64,000 nt of DNA, taken from sequence record OP991903.1; one strand, 5' to 3'. Shown piece by piece: positions 28,413 to 37,665 of the stretch; the stretch's first letter is position 1; each line of letters starts with the position of its first letter. Made by a program: the position numbers and the translations under genes. The notes under the pieces are model-generated. The model worked only from the letters and a program-made list of their open reading frames with translations, ran no database searches and was not told the DNA's origin.

Positions 28413-29020
28413 TGAAATATTACAAACTTGACCCGGTGGAAAAGGAGTTCCACAACCAACTGCTGGTCAACACCTTGCGCAAGTTCATCACTGATGAATG
28501 GCAGGACCCCGAGTTTCACGACACCGTCTTCTCCAGCTTGAAAGACTTCAGTCCAAACGGGACTGGTCGCATCTTCCGTGCAGGGGCAGTGAATGTCGGG
28601 ATGGTGGTCATGTACAACATCGGTAAGTTGGAAGGTGTGAATGATTGGTGGGAGAAAGCTTGGCGTGAGTTCGGTAACCTCAACCTGGAAGGGGAGGACT
28701 TTGACAAAGAGCTTAACAGCCTCATTGACAAAACCGTCGCCTCCCTCAACCGGGTGCGAACTAACGAAGATAAGATTGTCCCGGCTATCATTGAACTGGA
28801 AGATGTACGGACGTTCTTCCAGGAAGCCTCTCGGGATTATATCCACAGCTACCGCAAGAAGATTCTGGCCGGAGCACTCATCGACTGGTACAAGGCAAAA
28901 CAGCTGGACTCGAAGTTTGTGGGTAAGATTGTGGAGCCTATTCTTAATGCGGACACCCCTGAAGAATTCAAACGCCGAGCGGAGGCGGTAATAAAACACT
29001 TCACCACTCCTATGAATTAA
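28409..29020 (+). CDS. Hypothetical protein
   Basis: 203 aa, GGAG RBS, overlap coupling. Confidence 0.7.
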   Translation: MMKYYKLDPVEKEFHNQLLVNTLRKFITDEWQDPEFHDTVFSSLKDFSPNGTGRIFRAGAVNVGMVVMYNIGKLEGVNDWWEKAWREFGNLNLEGEDFDKELNSLIDKTVASLNRVRTNEDKIVPAIIELEDVRTFFQEASRDYIHSYRKKILAGALIDWYKAKQLDSKFVGKIVEPILNADTPEEFKRRAEAVIKHFTTPMN

Positions 29021-29036
29021 ACTAAGGAGTATCACC

Positions 29037-29360
29037 ATGTTCCATTCGAAGTGGGATAAGAAAACCCGGATGTGGAAGATTGGGTTGTGTGTGGAAGAGG
29101 AAGAACGGACCATGGCGCTACGCTACATGGAACAAGTTCACCGCTTCGGCCGTCCGCACAACCTGGACCAGGCACTGAACTTGTTGTACGCACAACAGGG
29201 CGATGACCTCATCAAACATGAAGAGTTCTTCCGTCAACTGTTGGACCGTCAGCCGGTTCAGAACTGGTACGATATCATGCAGAACGAGTACGACCGTCTG
29301 GGCCACCGGATGTGCGCTAAACAGGATGCATGGTTAGCCAGTCTGAAGAGAGGGGCCTAA
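29037..29360 (+). CDS. Hypothetical protein
   Basis: 107 aa, AAGGAG RBS; terminator AGGGGCC-TAAC-GGCCCCT-TT at 29351..29368. Confidence 0.7.
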   Translation: MFHSKWDKKTRMWKIGLCVEEEERTMALRYMEQVHRFGRPHNLDQALNLLYAQQGDDLIKHEEFFRQLLDRQPVQNWYDIMQNEYDRLGHRMCAKQDAWLASLKRGA

Positions 29361-29432
29361 CGGCCCCTTTATTTTTATTTTTTAAATCAAAGACTCAGTT
29401 ATAGGGTCAAAAAAGAATCCGTTGGAGGAAGC

Positions 29433-29804
29433 ATGGCAAAACGTAAGACATGGTGGCATAAACTCATCGCACTCATCTTTGGTGACAAGTTACAGCTCAT
29501 CGAACAGAACGAAGAGTACCGGTACATCATCGAGGACTTGAACTTGATGCGTGACCTGGAAGTGCAAAGTACCAAATACAGTGACAAGATTGGCGCTGTA
29601 ACGTTAGCCCAGATTCTGCTCGTGCATTACACCACCCCGGATAAAATGGACGAACATCTCCATCACATCGTGTCTGCCCTGCCGCTGGACCTGCGCACGG
29701 AGACACTGCACTACCTGGACGAATTACGTATCAACATCGAAAGTGAGATTCGGGCGAAGCAATGCCGCCTGAAGTTAGTTGACAAGGACATCCAAAATGA
29801 CTGA
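29433..29804 (+). CDS. Hypothetical protein
   Basis: 123 aa, GGAGG RBS. Confidence 0.7.
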   Translation: MAKRKTWWHKLIALIFGDKLQLIEQNEEYRYIIEDLNLMRDLEVQSTKYSDKIGAVTLAQILLVHYTTPDKMDEHLHHIVSALPLDLRTETLHYLDELRINIESEIRAKQCRLKLVDKDIQND

Positions 29805-30375
29805 CGTACGCCGAGGGGCACAAGCCCGTACTCCTAAAGAATCACTCGACTGGTTGTACGAGGATGTCTGCCGGTTACTGGAAACAAAGTTCACGGTCTA
29901 CGCCGACTCGAGAAAGTTATACGGGATGGTGGGCGACCTGCCTCGTGAACACGCCAACATGCTGCGTCTGCGTTGGGCACCCGAGCTCAGTGCCGTGATG
30001 GAACAGTTCATGTTGTTAGGCGAAGAGCGCGCAGGGGTTCAGCTCAGTTACGCACTGATGCGAAAGAACCGCCCGGCACTCTATCAGGAACTGGTGATTC
30101 AGATTACCCATCCTGATACCCCACCGATTATCCGGGAAATGTTTGTCGAGTACTGCGAGAAGTTACGAGAACTGAACGACTGGTTCAACAGCGCACTTCA
30201 CGCCGCCTTCGAAGAACATTCTGGTCGATGGTGGGATGACATGGATGAATCTATTCTGTCGTTCGGGGAATACGAGTGTTACGTTGACGCGATTCAGTTA
30301 GCGTTCAATGAGGCGTACATCAACTTCGATATCCTGGAACAAGTTCTCGCCGCCATGCGCCGAGTAATACGCTAA
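29797..30375 (+). CDS. Hypothetical protein
   Basis: Start MTDVRR with AAGGA RBS. Confidence 0.7.
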   Translation: MTDVRRGAQARTPKESLDWLYEDVCRLLETKFTVYADSRKLYGMVGDLPREHANMLRLRWAPELSAVMEQFMLLGEERAGVQLSYALMRKNRPALYQELVIQITHPDTPPIIREMFVEYCEKLRELNDWFNSALHAAFEEHSGRWWDDMDESILSFGEYECYVDAIQLAFNEAYINFDILEQVLAAMRRVIR

Positions 30376-30410
30376 AAGAGAGGGGTTTGCGCCCCTCTCT
30401 TTTTTTTTTG
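30374..30410 (+). terminator. Intrinsic terminator
   Basis: AAAAGAGAGGGG-TTTGCG-CCCCTCTCTTTT plus long T-run. Confidence 0.85.
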
Positions 30411-30483
30411 ACGCATCGGGTCTTCGTATGTAATTTGAGATTTACTTTCTTTAGTCGAAGGATGAAATGGCGGAGAACTACCG

Positions 30484-30984
30484 ATGGGCGGAACTACTGA
30501 TACACAATCACAAGACGTTGCTATGCTGCCTCGCTACAAGTTTCGTATGCCTGTTAGCGGTACGATTCATATTTCCGATTTATCGGAGTTTCGTGAGAAA
30601 CAGCTGGCGGGATACGTACGACTCGCGCGACTAGACCTCCCGTTCCTGGACATGCACCCGTGCCGCACTATCCAGGTTGCAGAAGAACTGAAGGCCGACC
30701 TGAATGATAAGGTTTTCTGGGACACCCCACTAGTGACCAAAACGTACCATGTCCTGCGTCATGTCTGGGTTGAATTCCTGCAAGACCCGCGCTGGGAAGT
30801 GAAGTTGATTGACCGCGCACTGAAAATGGCGAAGGATGCCAAATTTACGGAAGTCGAGTTTTACGACGCTTATTGTAAGCACGTGTTGTCTTCTAACACG
30901 ACGGTCTACAACAACGCCGTGAAGGTCATGACGCTGTTCCGTGAAGAGCGCATTGACTCCGGTTTAAGCTTCGGAGACTTCTGA
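30484..30984 (+). CDS. Hypothetical protein
   Basis: 166 aa, GGAG RBS. Confidence 0.65.
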   Translation: MGGTTDTQSQDVAMLPRYKFRMPVSGTIHISDLSEFREKQLAGYVRLARLDLPFLDMHPCRTIQVAEELKADLNDKVFWDTPLVTKTYHVLRHVWVEFLQDPRWEVKLIDRALKMAKDAKFTEVEFYDAYCKHVLSSNTTVYNNAVKVMTLFREERIDSGLSFGDF

Positions 30985-31604
30985 TGATTCACTCCCATGG
31001 TGCTTTACGCAGTTCGTTAGCGTTAGCCTATCTCGTTAACATGGAAATTCAGGTATTGCAGAACTTCCGTGAGATGGCGCTGAAGTTACCCACTAACCGC
31101 GACAGCTGTCGCTTCGTCCGAGGTATCATCGAGTGGACACGCAACAACCACACCTGGAAGGCACTCCCCTTGTCCCTTCGTCTCCGCGTCCTTATCCCGA
31201 TGAGTCTGGCGAGTCGCCAGGGGACCTACCACGGGATGGTTGGCAAGATTAACGAAGTTGCTTCCACGATATCCTACAGTACCACCCGCGGTAAAAAGCT
31301 ACCACCCGTCTGGTTTAACTTGAGGGACGTGACAGCTGGCGTTGAACAGGTCGCCTACCGGGAAATGGGGATTCGTTTCTGTGGCCGCATTCGTAACTAT
31401 TTTGCAGGGAAGGAAGGATGTCTCGATTTGACATTTTGGAACCAGCTATGCGAGCTGGAACAAAGTGCGTATCAGGAAGAGGTCTCGGCGAAGATTTACC
31501 GCGAAGCCTTTACCATGCGGTATCTGCGTCTGGTCGAGATTGCCAAAACGCAATTATCGGACATGTCGGACACGGAGTTCCAAACCCGTTCCAAACAAAT
31601 CTGA
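30984..31604 (+). CDS. Hypothetical protein
   Basis: 206 aa, TGATG coupling with previous stop. Confidence 0.65.
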   Translation: MIHSHGALRSSLALAYLVNMEIQVLQNFREMALKLPTNRDSCRFVRGIIEWTRNNHTWKALPLSLRLRVLIPMSLASRQGTYHGMVGKINEVASTISYSTTRGKKLPPVWFNLRDVTAGVEQVAYREMGIRFCGRIRNYFAGKEGCLDLTFWNQLCELEQSAYQEEVSAKIYREAFTMRYLRLVEIAKTQLSDMSDTEFQTRSKQI

Positions 31605-31608
31605 AGTA

Positions 31609-31624
31609 TATATTCTCTGGGTGA
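31609..31624 (+). promoter_or_regulatory. Putative early promoter (variant)
   Basis: TATATTCTCTGGGTGA has the same spacing as the other copies. Confidence 0.45.
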
Positions 31625-31712
31625 ATTAGGGTACTATACCTTGCTTCACTCAGGGAATTCTCCCACTTATTATCTTTTCTATCATCGAGCAAATACGCTC
31701 TAAGGAAATATC

Positions 31713-32342
31713 ATGAACGCATCTAACAACGCAAACGTAAACGTAAATGTCAACGGTAAAAATGAACTGGTTGTTACCGTCGCTGGCAAAGATTACGTAT
31801 TTGACAAAAACAAATCTAACGTCGGTAAAGTAAACCTGGGTGGCGAATTCCCGTTCCCAATCTTCGACGGTATCAAAAACGATATCGCCAAAAATAACTG
31901 GGTCGCTGGTTACGTTACCCAGGAGTTCAACGGGAAACAAGCAGCGTTAATCATGGCCGGTCCTATCGAAGAAATGATGGTCGGGGAAACTGCCATGACC
32001 TGGTTTGCGTTAGACGTTAACGCACCAGAAGCAGAAGAAGCCCAGGTCGCTAAACTGGTTAGTAGCGAGAAAGGTTTCAGCACCTACGAAGCCAACGGCA
32101 AGAAGTTCTGCTTTGATGACACCACTGCCGAGAACGGCTCCTTCATCAAACCGGATTATTTGGGCGTGGTACTGCCAGCTGCAATTCAACATGCGCTGGC
32201 GAAACCGTGCCGCATGGCAGTATTTAAGTACCAGGCTAAAACCCTGATGATTGAAGTTTACCAAGCCCCGCGTTCTTGGGGAATGGGTAGCGACGGCATC
32301 TGGATTATCGAAGACGTTGAAACACTCAACATTGTAAACTAA
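31713..32342 (+). CDS. Hypothetical protein with internal two-domain repeat, strongly biased codons
   Basis: 209 aa, AAGGA RBS; terminator AAGGAGCC-AGT-GGCTCCTT at 32349..32371. Confidence 0.75.
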   Translation: MNASNNANVNVNVNGKNELVVTVAGKDYVFDKNKSNVGKVNLGGEFPFPIFDGIKNDIAKNNWVAGYVTQEFNGKQAALIMAGPIEEMMVGETAMTWFALDVNAPEAEEAQVAKLVSSEKGFSTYEANGKKFCFDDTTAENGSFIKPDYLGVVLPAAIQHALAKPCRMAVFKYQAKTLMIEVYQAPRSWGMGSDGIWIIEDVETLNIVN

Positions 32343-32389
32343 AACCTCAAGGAGCCAGTGGCTCCTTTTTTAAACTACGGAGAATAATT

Positions 32390-32758
32390 ATGTTCAGTCA
32401 CATCACCCTGAAAGAAGAAGTACTCAAGTTCAGCCGCATCGACCGTTCTCACTTCCTTCTTCGGGGTGACAATGTGTCACTGGACTTCTACAAAGGTTTT
32501 ATGGAAATGCCGGTACTGGTAGGTCCAATCCTGAAAACGCAACAGTACCAGATTCACCAGGAAATCGAAACGTTCCTGAAAATCAAAGGCCTGATTAGTG
32601 AAAGTAGTCGTATGCAGGCCGTTGTCACTATGGGTGTTGACGTGTTTGAAGGTGTATGGCGTGGTACTTCTACTCGCCTGACTCCGTTTGCAGTTTATGT
32701 GCGCGCACGCACTAGCGGCAACAAACACACCCTGGAAATCTATCGCGTTAAAGAATGA
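32390..32758 (+). CDS. Hypothetical protein
   Basis: 122 aa, GGAG RBS. Confidence 0.7.
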   Translation: MFSHITLKEEVLKFSRIDRSHFLLRGDNVSLDFYKGFMEMPVLVGPILKTQQYQIHQEIETFLKIKGLISESSRMQAVVTMGVDVFEGVWRGTSTRLTPFAVYVRARTSGNKHTLEIYRVKE

Positions 32759-32798
32759 TTCTTAACTTATCATCGCGGCTAGCCGCTAAGGACTTACC

Positions 32799-33173
32799 AT
32801 GACCGTATTATTCCGCTGCAAAGAAGAACTCTCTCGCCAGGCTTCGATTGTCATCTCCCGTCTTAACATGCTGTGTGCAGACCCTGCGATTCACTTTGGT
32901 GAACAGACAGTACAGGAACTGTTTGAGTACGATTACTTCCACATCTACAACTATCTTCAGAACGCCATGTTCACGGATAGCGGTGAAATCAAGTGGGCAC
33001 TTGCGACCCACCTGGAACGTGCAGGGTTTATCGTACACCGGGTTGACATCGGCGTGTGCATCAAACTTCCAATTGGCGACATCGAAGTCGCCTCGAAGGT
33101 TGAAGCCATGTCTCGAACTGGTTACCTCTTACCATCCGAATTACGTGCTATGGAAGCAGGAGCGCAAGCATGA
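32799..33173 (+). CDS. Hypothetical protein
   Basis: 124 aa, AAGGA RBS. Confidence 0.7.
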   Translation: MTVLFRCKEELSRQASIVISRLNMLCADPAIHFGEQTVQELFEYDYFHIYNYLQNAMFTDSGEIKWALATHLERAGFIVHRVDIGVCIKLPIGDIEVASKVEAMSRTGYLLPSELRAMEAGAQA

Positions 33174-33505
33174 AAGTATTAACTCTCACTCACGCCCAGG
33201 CCCAGAAGTTACATCGCCATATCCTGAAACTGAAGCGTCAAGTCGACAAAGGGTTCTACGTTATCCCTTCGAAAGAATGGCGCGGTTTCATGGAAGAACT
33301 GGTTGAAGATAAATGTCACATCTCCATGGGGAAAGTTGAACTCGACGTTCTCTTTTCTCGCCTGTACAACTACCTGACCTATCGGAAACCCCGGGGTCTG
33401 ATTCTGGAACACCAGGTCTATCCGGGAAAGTACCACCGTCGTCAAATCGGTGCCATCACGTCGATTGACTTTGTGATGGAACCGGGGATGAAGGTCCCTA
33501 GTTAA
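33170..33505 (+). CDS. Hypothetical protein
   Basis: 111 aa, AGGAG RBS, ATGA overlap. Confidence 0.7.
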   Translation: MKVLTLTHAQAQKLHRHILKLKRQVDKGFYVIPSKEWRGFMEELVEDKCHISMGKVELDVLFSRLYNYLTYRKPRGLILEHQVYPGKYHRRQIGAITSIDFVMEPGMKVPS

Positions 33506-33600
33506 AATTTACGGCCGTGTTCTTTGTTGTGAACAAAATAACGAACTACATGGCTCATTCGCCTACCGCTTGTGTCAGCAAGCAAGTAGGTCTTTCCCTG

Positions 33601-33629
33601 ACCGGCGTCCACGCGCCGGTTTCTTTTTT
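33601..33629 (+). terminator. Intrinsic terminator
   Basis: ACCGGCG...CGCCGGT followed by TTCTTTTTT. Confidence 0.7.
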
Positions 33630-33649
33630 GTTTGTTTCTGGAGAAGAAC

Positions 33650-34276
33650 ATGAACAAGCCTTTACCTAAGGTGACGGTTCGCCGTGGTGGTGTCGTCAAG
33701 TTTGAAGACAACGTAGCAGTCGTTGACCTGACAGCATTGACGGGCGACAGTACTCCGGTACGTTTCCCGATTCCTGCTCCGCTGTTACCCCGCCCGGAAG
33801 AGTATTCAACCTCGCCTGCGATTACCCAATACGGGTCTGCTGGCGCGTTAACCGATTTAGCCGGGATGATGGGTGAAGATTACGTGCAGTACCGTTTCTT
33901 CCACCTCATTGCCCTGTACCCTGACTTCAAGAAACTGGGGTATCATCACAGCGAAACGTCCAGTCACCTCATCCTGGAACACGGCGACAACAAGCGTGTC
34001 CTTGCCTGGTGGGTGAACGATATGCCGGAGACCTTCCTCTGCTTTGAAGAAGGTGAAGACCTCCCTGCACCGCGTGAAGATGACACTAAAACGCCGGATT
34101 TGTTCAATCCAAGCGAACTTATGTATGCACTGAGTATCATGGCCCAACACGGTTCCATGGGCTCGGACATCTTTGCGATTTATAATACCCCGGAACGTAA
34201 AACCGTTCTGTTCAATGACTACGAAGACCCAACGTTCTTCATGGGAGCTTACTTTAATCCAGTCGAGCAAGACTGA
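33650..34276 (+). CDS. Hypothetical protein
   Basis: Start MNKPLP with GGAG RBS. Confidence 0.7.
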   Translation: MNKPLPKVTVRRGGVVKFEDNVAVVDLTALTGDSTPVRFPIPAPLLPRPEEYSTSPAITQYGSAGALTDLAGMMGEDYVQYRFFHLIALYPDFKKLGYHHSETSSHLILEHGDNKRVLAWWVNDMPETFLCFEEGEDLPAPREDDTKTPDLFNPSELMYALSIMAQHGSMGSDIFAIYNTPERKTVLFNDYEDPTFFMGAYFNPVEQD

Positions 34277-34323
34277 TAATAATTTAAGGGGAGTGGCGAC
34301 TCCCCTAACTTGGAGACTACCAC

Positions 34324-35022
34324 ATGCGCATCTTTACGCTCTGGCTCAGCACCCTTTTGCTGACCCTTGGCCTGTTAGCGGCACCGGCAATGGCGACCAC
34401 CAGTACCGGACCCGTGAAGGTCAATTACGCCGGGATGGAGAAGTACGGCAAGTTAGTGTTACAAGTCGCTAACCAAACCGGGGTCGACCCGATGGAGCTG
34501 GTGACCTTCATCAGCATTGAGTCGAAGTTCAACCCCAAAGCAAAGAACGGTGAGGGTAGTAGCGCTGCCGGAATGGGTGCCTTTATTGACAGCACCTGGC
34601 TCGCGATGCTAAAGACGTACGGGAAAAAATATGGGCTTTCCATGAAGACTCGGAAATCCAATCCCCGCGCCAACCTGCTTATGACTGCCGAATACATCAA
34701 GGAGAACCGTGGTATCCTGGAGAGTCGACTTGGTCGGCCTGTTAGTACCGCCGAGGTTTATACCGCCCACCTGCTAGGACCAGGCGGCGCGCTGAAAATC
34801 CTGAGTGCCAAAAGTAATCGCGTCGCCTATCAAGCGGCCCGAACATCACCGTCGAAAAATAAACGGTATTTCCTGAAAGAGAATGGGAAGCCACGGACTG
34901 TAGCTGAATTTCGCAAGTTCACCCGCCAGATGGTTGAGAGCCATAAGCGAGCCTACCGCGAGATTACCATGCTGACTGCCTTCGAGCACCAGATGGAATT
35001 TGTTACAGCCTCACGAACCTAA
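34324..35022 (+). CDS. Lytic transglycosylase (SLT, phiKZ gp144 catalytic-domain-like) with N-terminal signal peptide
   Basis: MRIFTLWLSTLLLTLGLLAAPAMA signal; VTFISIESKFNP.AK...SSAAG...FIDSTW..MLKTYGKKYG; NPRANLLMTAEYIKEN; VYTAHLLGPGGA. Confidence 0.8.
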   Translation: MRIFTLWLSTLLLTLGLLAAPAMATTSTGPVKVNYAGMEKYGKLVLQVANQTGVDPMELVTFISIESKFNPKAKNGEGSSAAGMGAFIDSTWLAMLKTYGKKYGLSMKTRKSNPRANLLMTAEYIKENRGILESRLGRPVSTAEVYTAHLLGPGGALKILSAKSNRVAYQAARTSPSKNKRYFLKENGKPRTVAEFRKFTRQMVESHKRAYREITMLTAFEHQMEFVTASRT

Positions 35023-35189
35023 TCTTTTCGGCAATAAAGTCGGAAAAATTAATAAAGTCATCTTGTTCGCACCCGCAGTAGCGAACAGACCAAAAGATAA
35101 CTTTACCAATTCACCCCTTGAATAGACCCGTGAATAATATCCGGGTCTGTTCCCCGAATATGCTTTTATTTTGCATTCGGACTGAGGTC

Positions 35190-35205
35190 TATATTACTTA
35201 CTTGA
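35190..35205 (+). promoter_or_regulatory. Putative early promoter
   Basis: TATATTACTTACTTGA upstream of the 35.2-38.5 kb operon. Confidence 0.6.
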
Positions 35206-35230
35206 ACTTAACCTTAATAAGGATTTTGCC

Positions 35231-35833
35231 ATGAGTACTGCCAAAGAAGCAGAGTTATGTTTGTTTGTCATGTTGGGTGTCGGGTCCAAAGCCATGTTGA
35301 ACAGTAAACGCAGTAATGCCCAGTACATGATTCAGGCCGAGACAAACTCGACTACCGATAAAGGAATGCGTGTTACCAACCGCGTTCGCCGTACTGTCAC
35401 ATTTGATGACCGTGGGGAAACCGATAAAGAACTGTACGAGGCAGCCACCAAGTTCCGCCTCCCTCGAACTGCCGGTTCCATCAACAGCGAATGTATCGAA
35501 ACCGAAGTGGTGATTGACGAACACGGCTTCCGTCAGGTCCTTGCCTTTGCCGGGAACATCCACCACAAGTTCCGCCACTCCATTCCGATGAACGAACTGA
35601 AGATTGAAATTGACCACTATGTTCCACCGGGTGAAATCTACGGCGGAGCGTTTGCGAAGATTGATATCGAAGGGGCGGAAGAGAAAGGGTTGTCCGGTAT
35701 CATGGAACTCTTGCGTCAGCACGGTATCACGTTTGTCGATGTCATCAACCCACCGGGCGTTGAGAGCGACGGCATCAAACAACGTATTCAGCAGCTGATG
35801 GCCGAAGAGTACAACCACGTTAACTGTCACTAG
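35231..35833 (+). CDS. CYTH-like (triphosphate tunnel) domain protein
   Basis: EAELC (degenerate ExExK), RVRR, ETEV, HKFRH, EIDHY and KIDIE in CYTH order. Confidence 0.5.
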   Translation: MSTAKEAELCLFVMLGVGSKAMLNSKRSNAQYMIQAETNSTTDKGMRVTNRVRRTVTFDDRGETDKELYEAATKFRLPRTAGSINSECIETEVVIDEHGFRQVLAFAGNIHHKFRHSIPMNELKIEIDHYVPPGEIYGGAFAKIDIEGAEEKGLSGIMELLRQHGITFVDVINPPGVESDGIKQRIQQLMAEEYNHVNCH

Positions 35834-35841
35834 GAGGTAAC

Positions 35842-36303
35842 ATGGATATCTTCCAGCGCCGTTGGGAAATGACCCGACGGGAATATGTTGAGCTATTAAA
35901 CGAATGGATAAAGATAGACCGGGAGTATCAGAATGCAGTAGCACCGTATGAAGGTGACCCGATTTACGAAATCCAGAAGATGCTCGATAACTACATGACG
36001 GTCGAGATGGTTTCTCAGGCATTCACCATGTCGCACGATGACATTGAGAATGTTCTCGCTGCCATGAAGAAGTTTCGTGGTGAAATGCGCGAGTGGAACG
36101 AGAAATCAGCGGCGTTCGAACAGACCCACGGTAAGTCAGTCCATTCCGAAAACACCCGACACTTCTACCGGGTTGAGCGCGAATACTCTTACGCCGGGGC
36201 GGGGGATTACGTCCTTAGCGACAAACCTTTTGATGAGTCGATGTACAGCTTGTACCCCGACTTCCCTCCACAAAGTGACTATGGTTTCGGGAGACTACCA
36301 TGA
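35842..36303 (+). CDS. Hypothetical protein (paralog of next gene), HTH-like segment
   Basis: 153 aa, GGAGG RBS. Confidence 0.7.
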   Translation: MDIFQRRWEMTRREYVELLNEWIKIDREYQNAVAPYEGDPIYEIQKMLDNYMTVEMVSQAFTMSHDDIENVLAAMKKFRGEMREWNEKSAAFEQTHGKSVHSENTRHFYRVEREYSYAGAGDYVLSDKPFDESMYSLYPDFPPQSDYGFGRLP

Positions 36304-36692
36304 GCGAACAATTCGAAAGCGAACGTCGTGAGTGTTTGGACATTCTGATGGAGTCGGACCGTATCGAATCAGAACGTGCCCGGGCAGTTTCTGGTTTGCA
36401 ATACGCCCCGTACGAAAGCTTTCACCAGATGCGTGAGAACAACTTCACCGATGAGATGATTGCACACGCTTTTAGTCTCCCGGTCTCTGATGTAGAAGAA
36501 ACCATTCAGGCACTCGACAAACACCAAGACGACTATCTGGCAAACATACAACGTCAGCAGGAGTTCCATCGCAAAACCGGTCAAGTGGCCACGTCACGTG
36601 AAGCACGGAAACACTACCGCATTGCAAGTAGTGAAGGGTATTTTGACGACGAACCATCCTACATGCTCGTTGACAAAGTTATCAAGCTTTAA
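36300..36692 (+). CDS. Hypothetical protein (paralog of previous gene)
   Basis: 130 aa, GGAG RBS, ATGA overlap. Confidence 0.7.
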   Translation: MSEQFESERRECLDILMESDRIESERARAVSGLQYAPYESFHQMRENNFTDEMIAHAFSLPVSDVEETIQALDKHQDDYLANIQRQQEFHRKTGQVATSREARKHYRIASSEGYFDDEPSYMLVDKVIKL

Positions 36693-36740
36693 CCAACACC
36701 ATTTACCATCGCGGCATTGACCGCTAATAAGGAATATCAA

Positions 36741-37175
36741 ATGTTAGACCGTAACGGCAACCAGTACGACCCGAACCAGTTCTTTCACAGTACCCCTATC
36801 AAAGCCGGTACTGCCAACAAGGACGTTAAGAAACCTCGGGTCACCAAAGTGAAGGAGGTTCTCACCGAGAAAGAATGTCCGTGCTGTAAAGAACAGCTCG
36901 ACATTGCGGAGTTCACGTTCCGCGACAAAATTTACAAGTACTGCACCACCTGTAGGGAAACCACCGCCATAACCAACGACCGCCTCATCCGTGAAGAATT
37001 TAAAAGTAATCCACTGATGGTCTTTGTCCCCGACAATATTCGGCTGGCTAAATGTCAAGGTTGCGGTCGGGTTAACCCTGTTATCTCTGATTTCCCTGTT
37101 AACTTAACAACCATAACAGGGTTTGGTAAATACTGCCAACCAAACTGTAAGGGTAAGAAACCATGTCCTCGTTAA
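36741..37175 (+). CDS. Double zinc-finger protein
   Basis: Start MLDRNG (AAGGA RBS); CPCC...YCTTC and CQGC...YCQPNC. Confidence 0.7.
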   Translation: MLDRNGNQYDPNQFFHSTPIKAGTANKDVKKPRVTKVKEVLTEKECPCCKEQLDIAEFTFRDKIYKYCTTCRETTAITNDRLIREEFKSNPLMVFVPDNIRLAKCQGCGRVNPVISDFPVNLTTITGFGKYCQPNCKGKKPCPR

Positions 37176-37630
37176 TGACAGTCACTATTCGCCTATCAGA
37201 AGGGAAGCTGCGCGAAATCTCCGTCATTGGTACTGATGAGAAACGCAGTGTTCTCCTTCGCATGAGCCATAACGCTCGCCACATGCCTTACTCCGCGGTT
37301 GTCCTCACCGACGCCGGTCTGGAGGTTTTTCAATTAACCCGTAACAGCCCAGGTAAAATTCATCGCATCAGCCATTACGCTGAAGTCATCCGTGATGACC
37401 TGAAGAACAACTACGGTCTGACCTTTGACGCCATCGTCTGGGGTTCCCCAACCGTTGTTTCCATTGACGACGAAGAATGGCTTGCCTTCTCCGACCGTCC
37501 CATCATCAGTCGCAGCGGTAAGCTAAGCGACTACTTCCGCCAGGCGCTGCAAGAACACAACGCCACCGGGACTGACCCGGAACGCGTGTTTGGGTTTGCG
37601 CAATCTATCTTCCGCAACATCGCGGCATAA
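37163..37630 (+). CDS. Hypothetical protein
   Basis: 155 aa, overlaps previous stop. Confidence 0.65.
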   Translation: MSSLMTVTIRLSEGKLREISVIGTDEKRSVLLRMSHNARHMPYSAVVLTDAGLEVFQLTRNSPGKIHRISHYAEVIRDDLKNNYGLTFDAIVWGSPTVVSIDDEEWLAFSDRPIISRSGKLSDYFRQALQEHNATGTDPERVFGFAQSIFRNIAA

Positions 37631-37665
37631 CGTCGGGAGGGGCTTCCCTCCCTACTGAGGTTTTC

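Noticed and set aside
24178-30375. Possible common family among the ~200-aa helical ORFs (24178, 25415 C-terminus, 26516, 28409, 29797)
   Set aside because: Similar composition and helix periodicity, but I could not align a convincing shared motif by eye.
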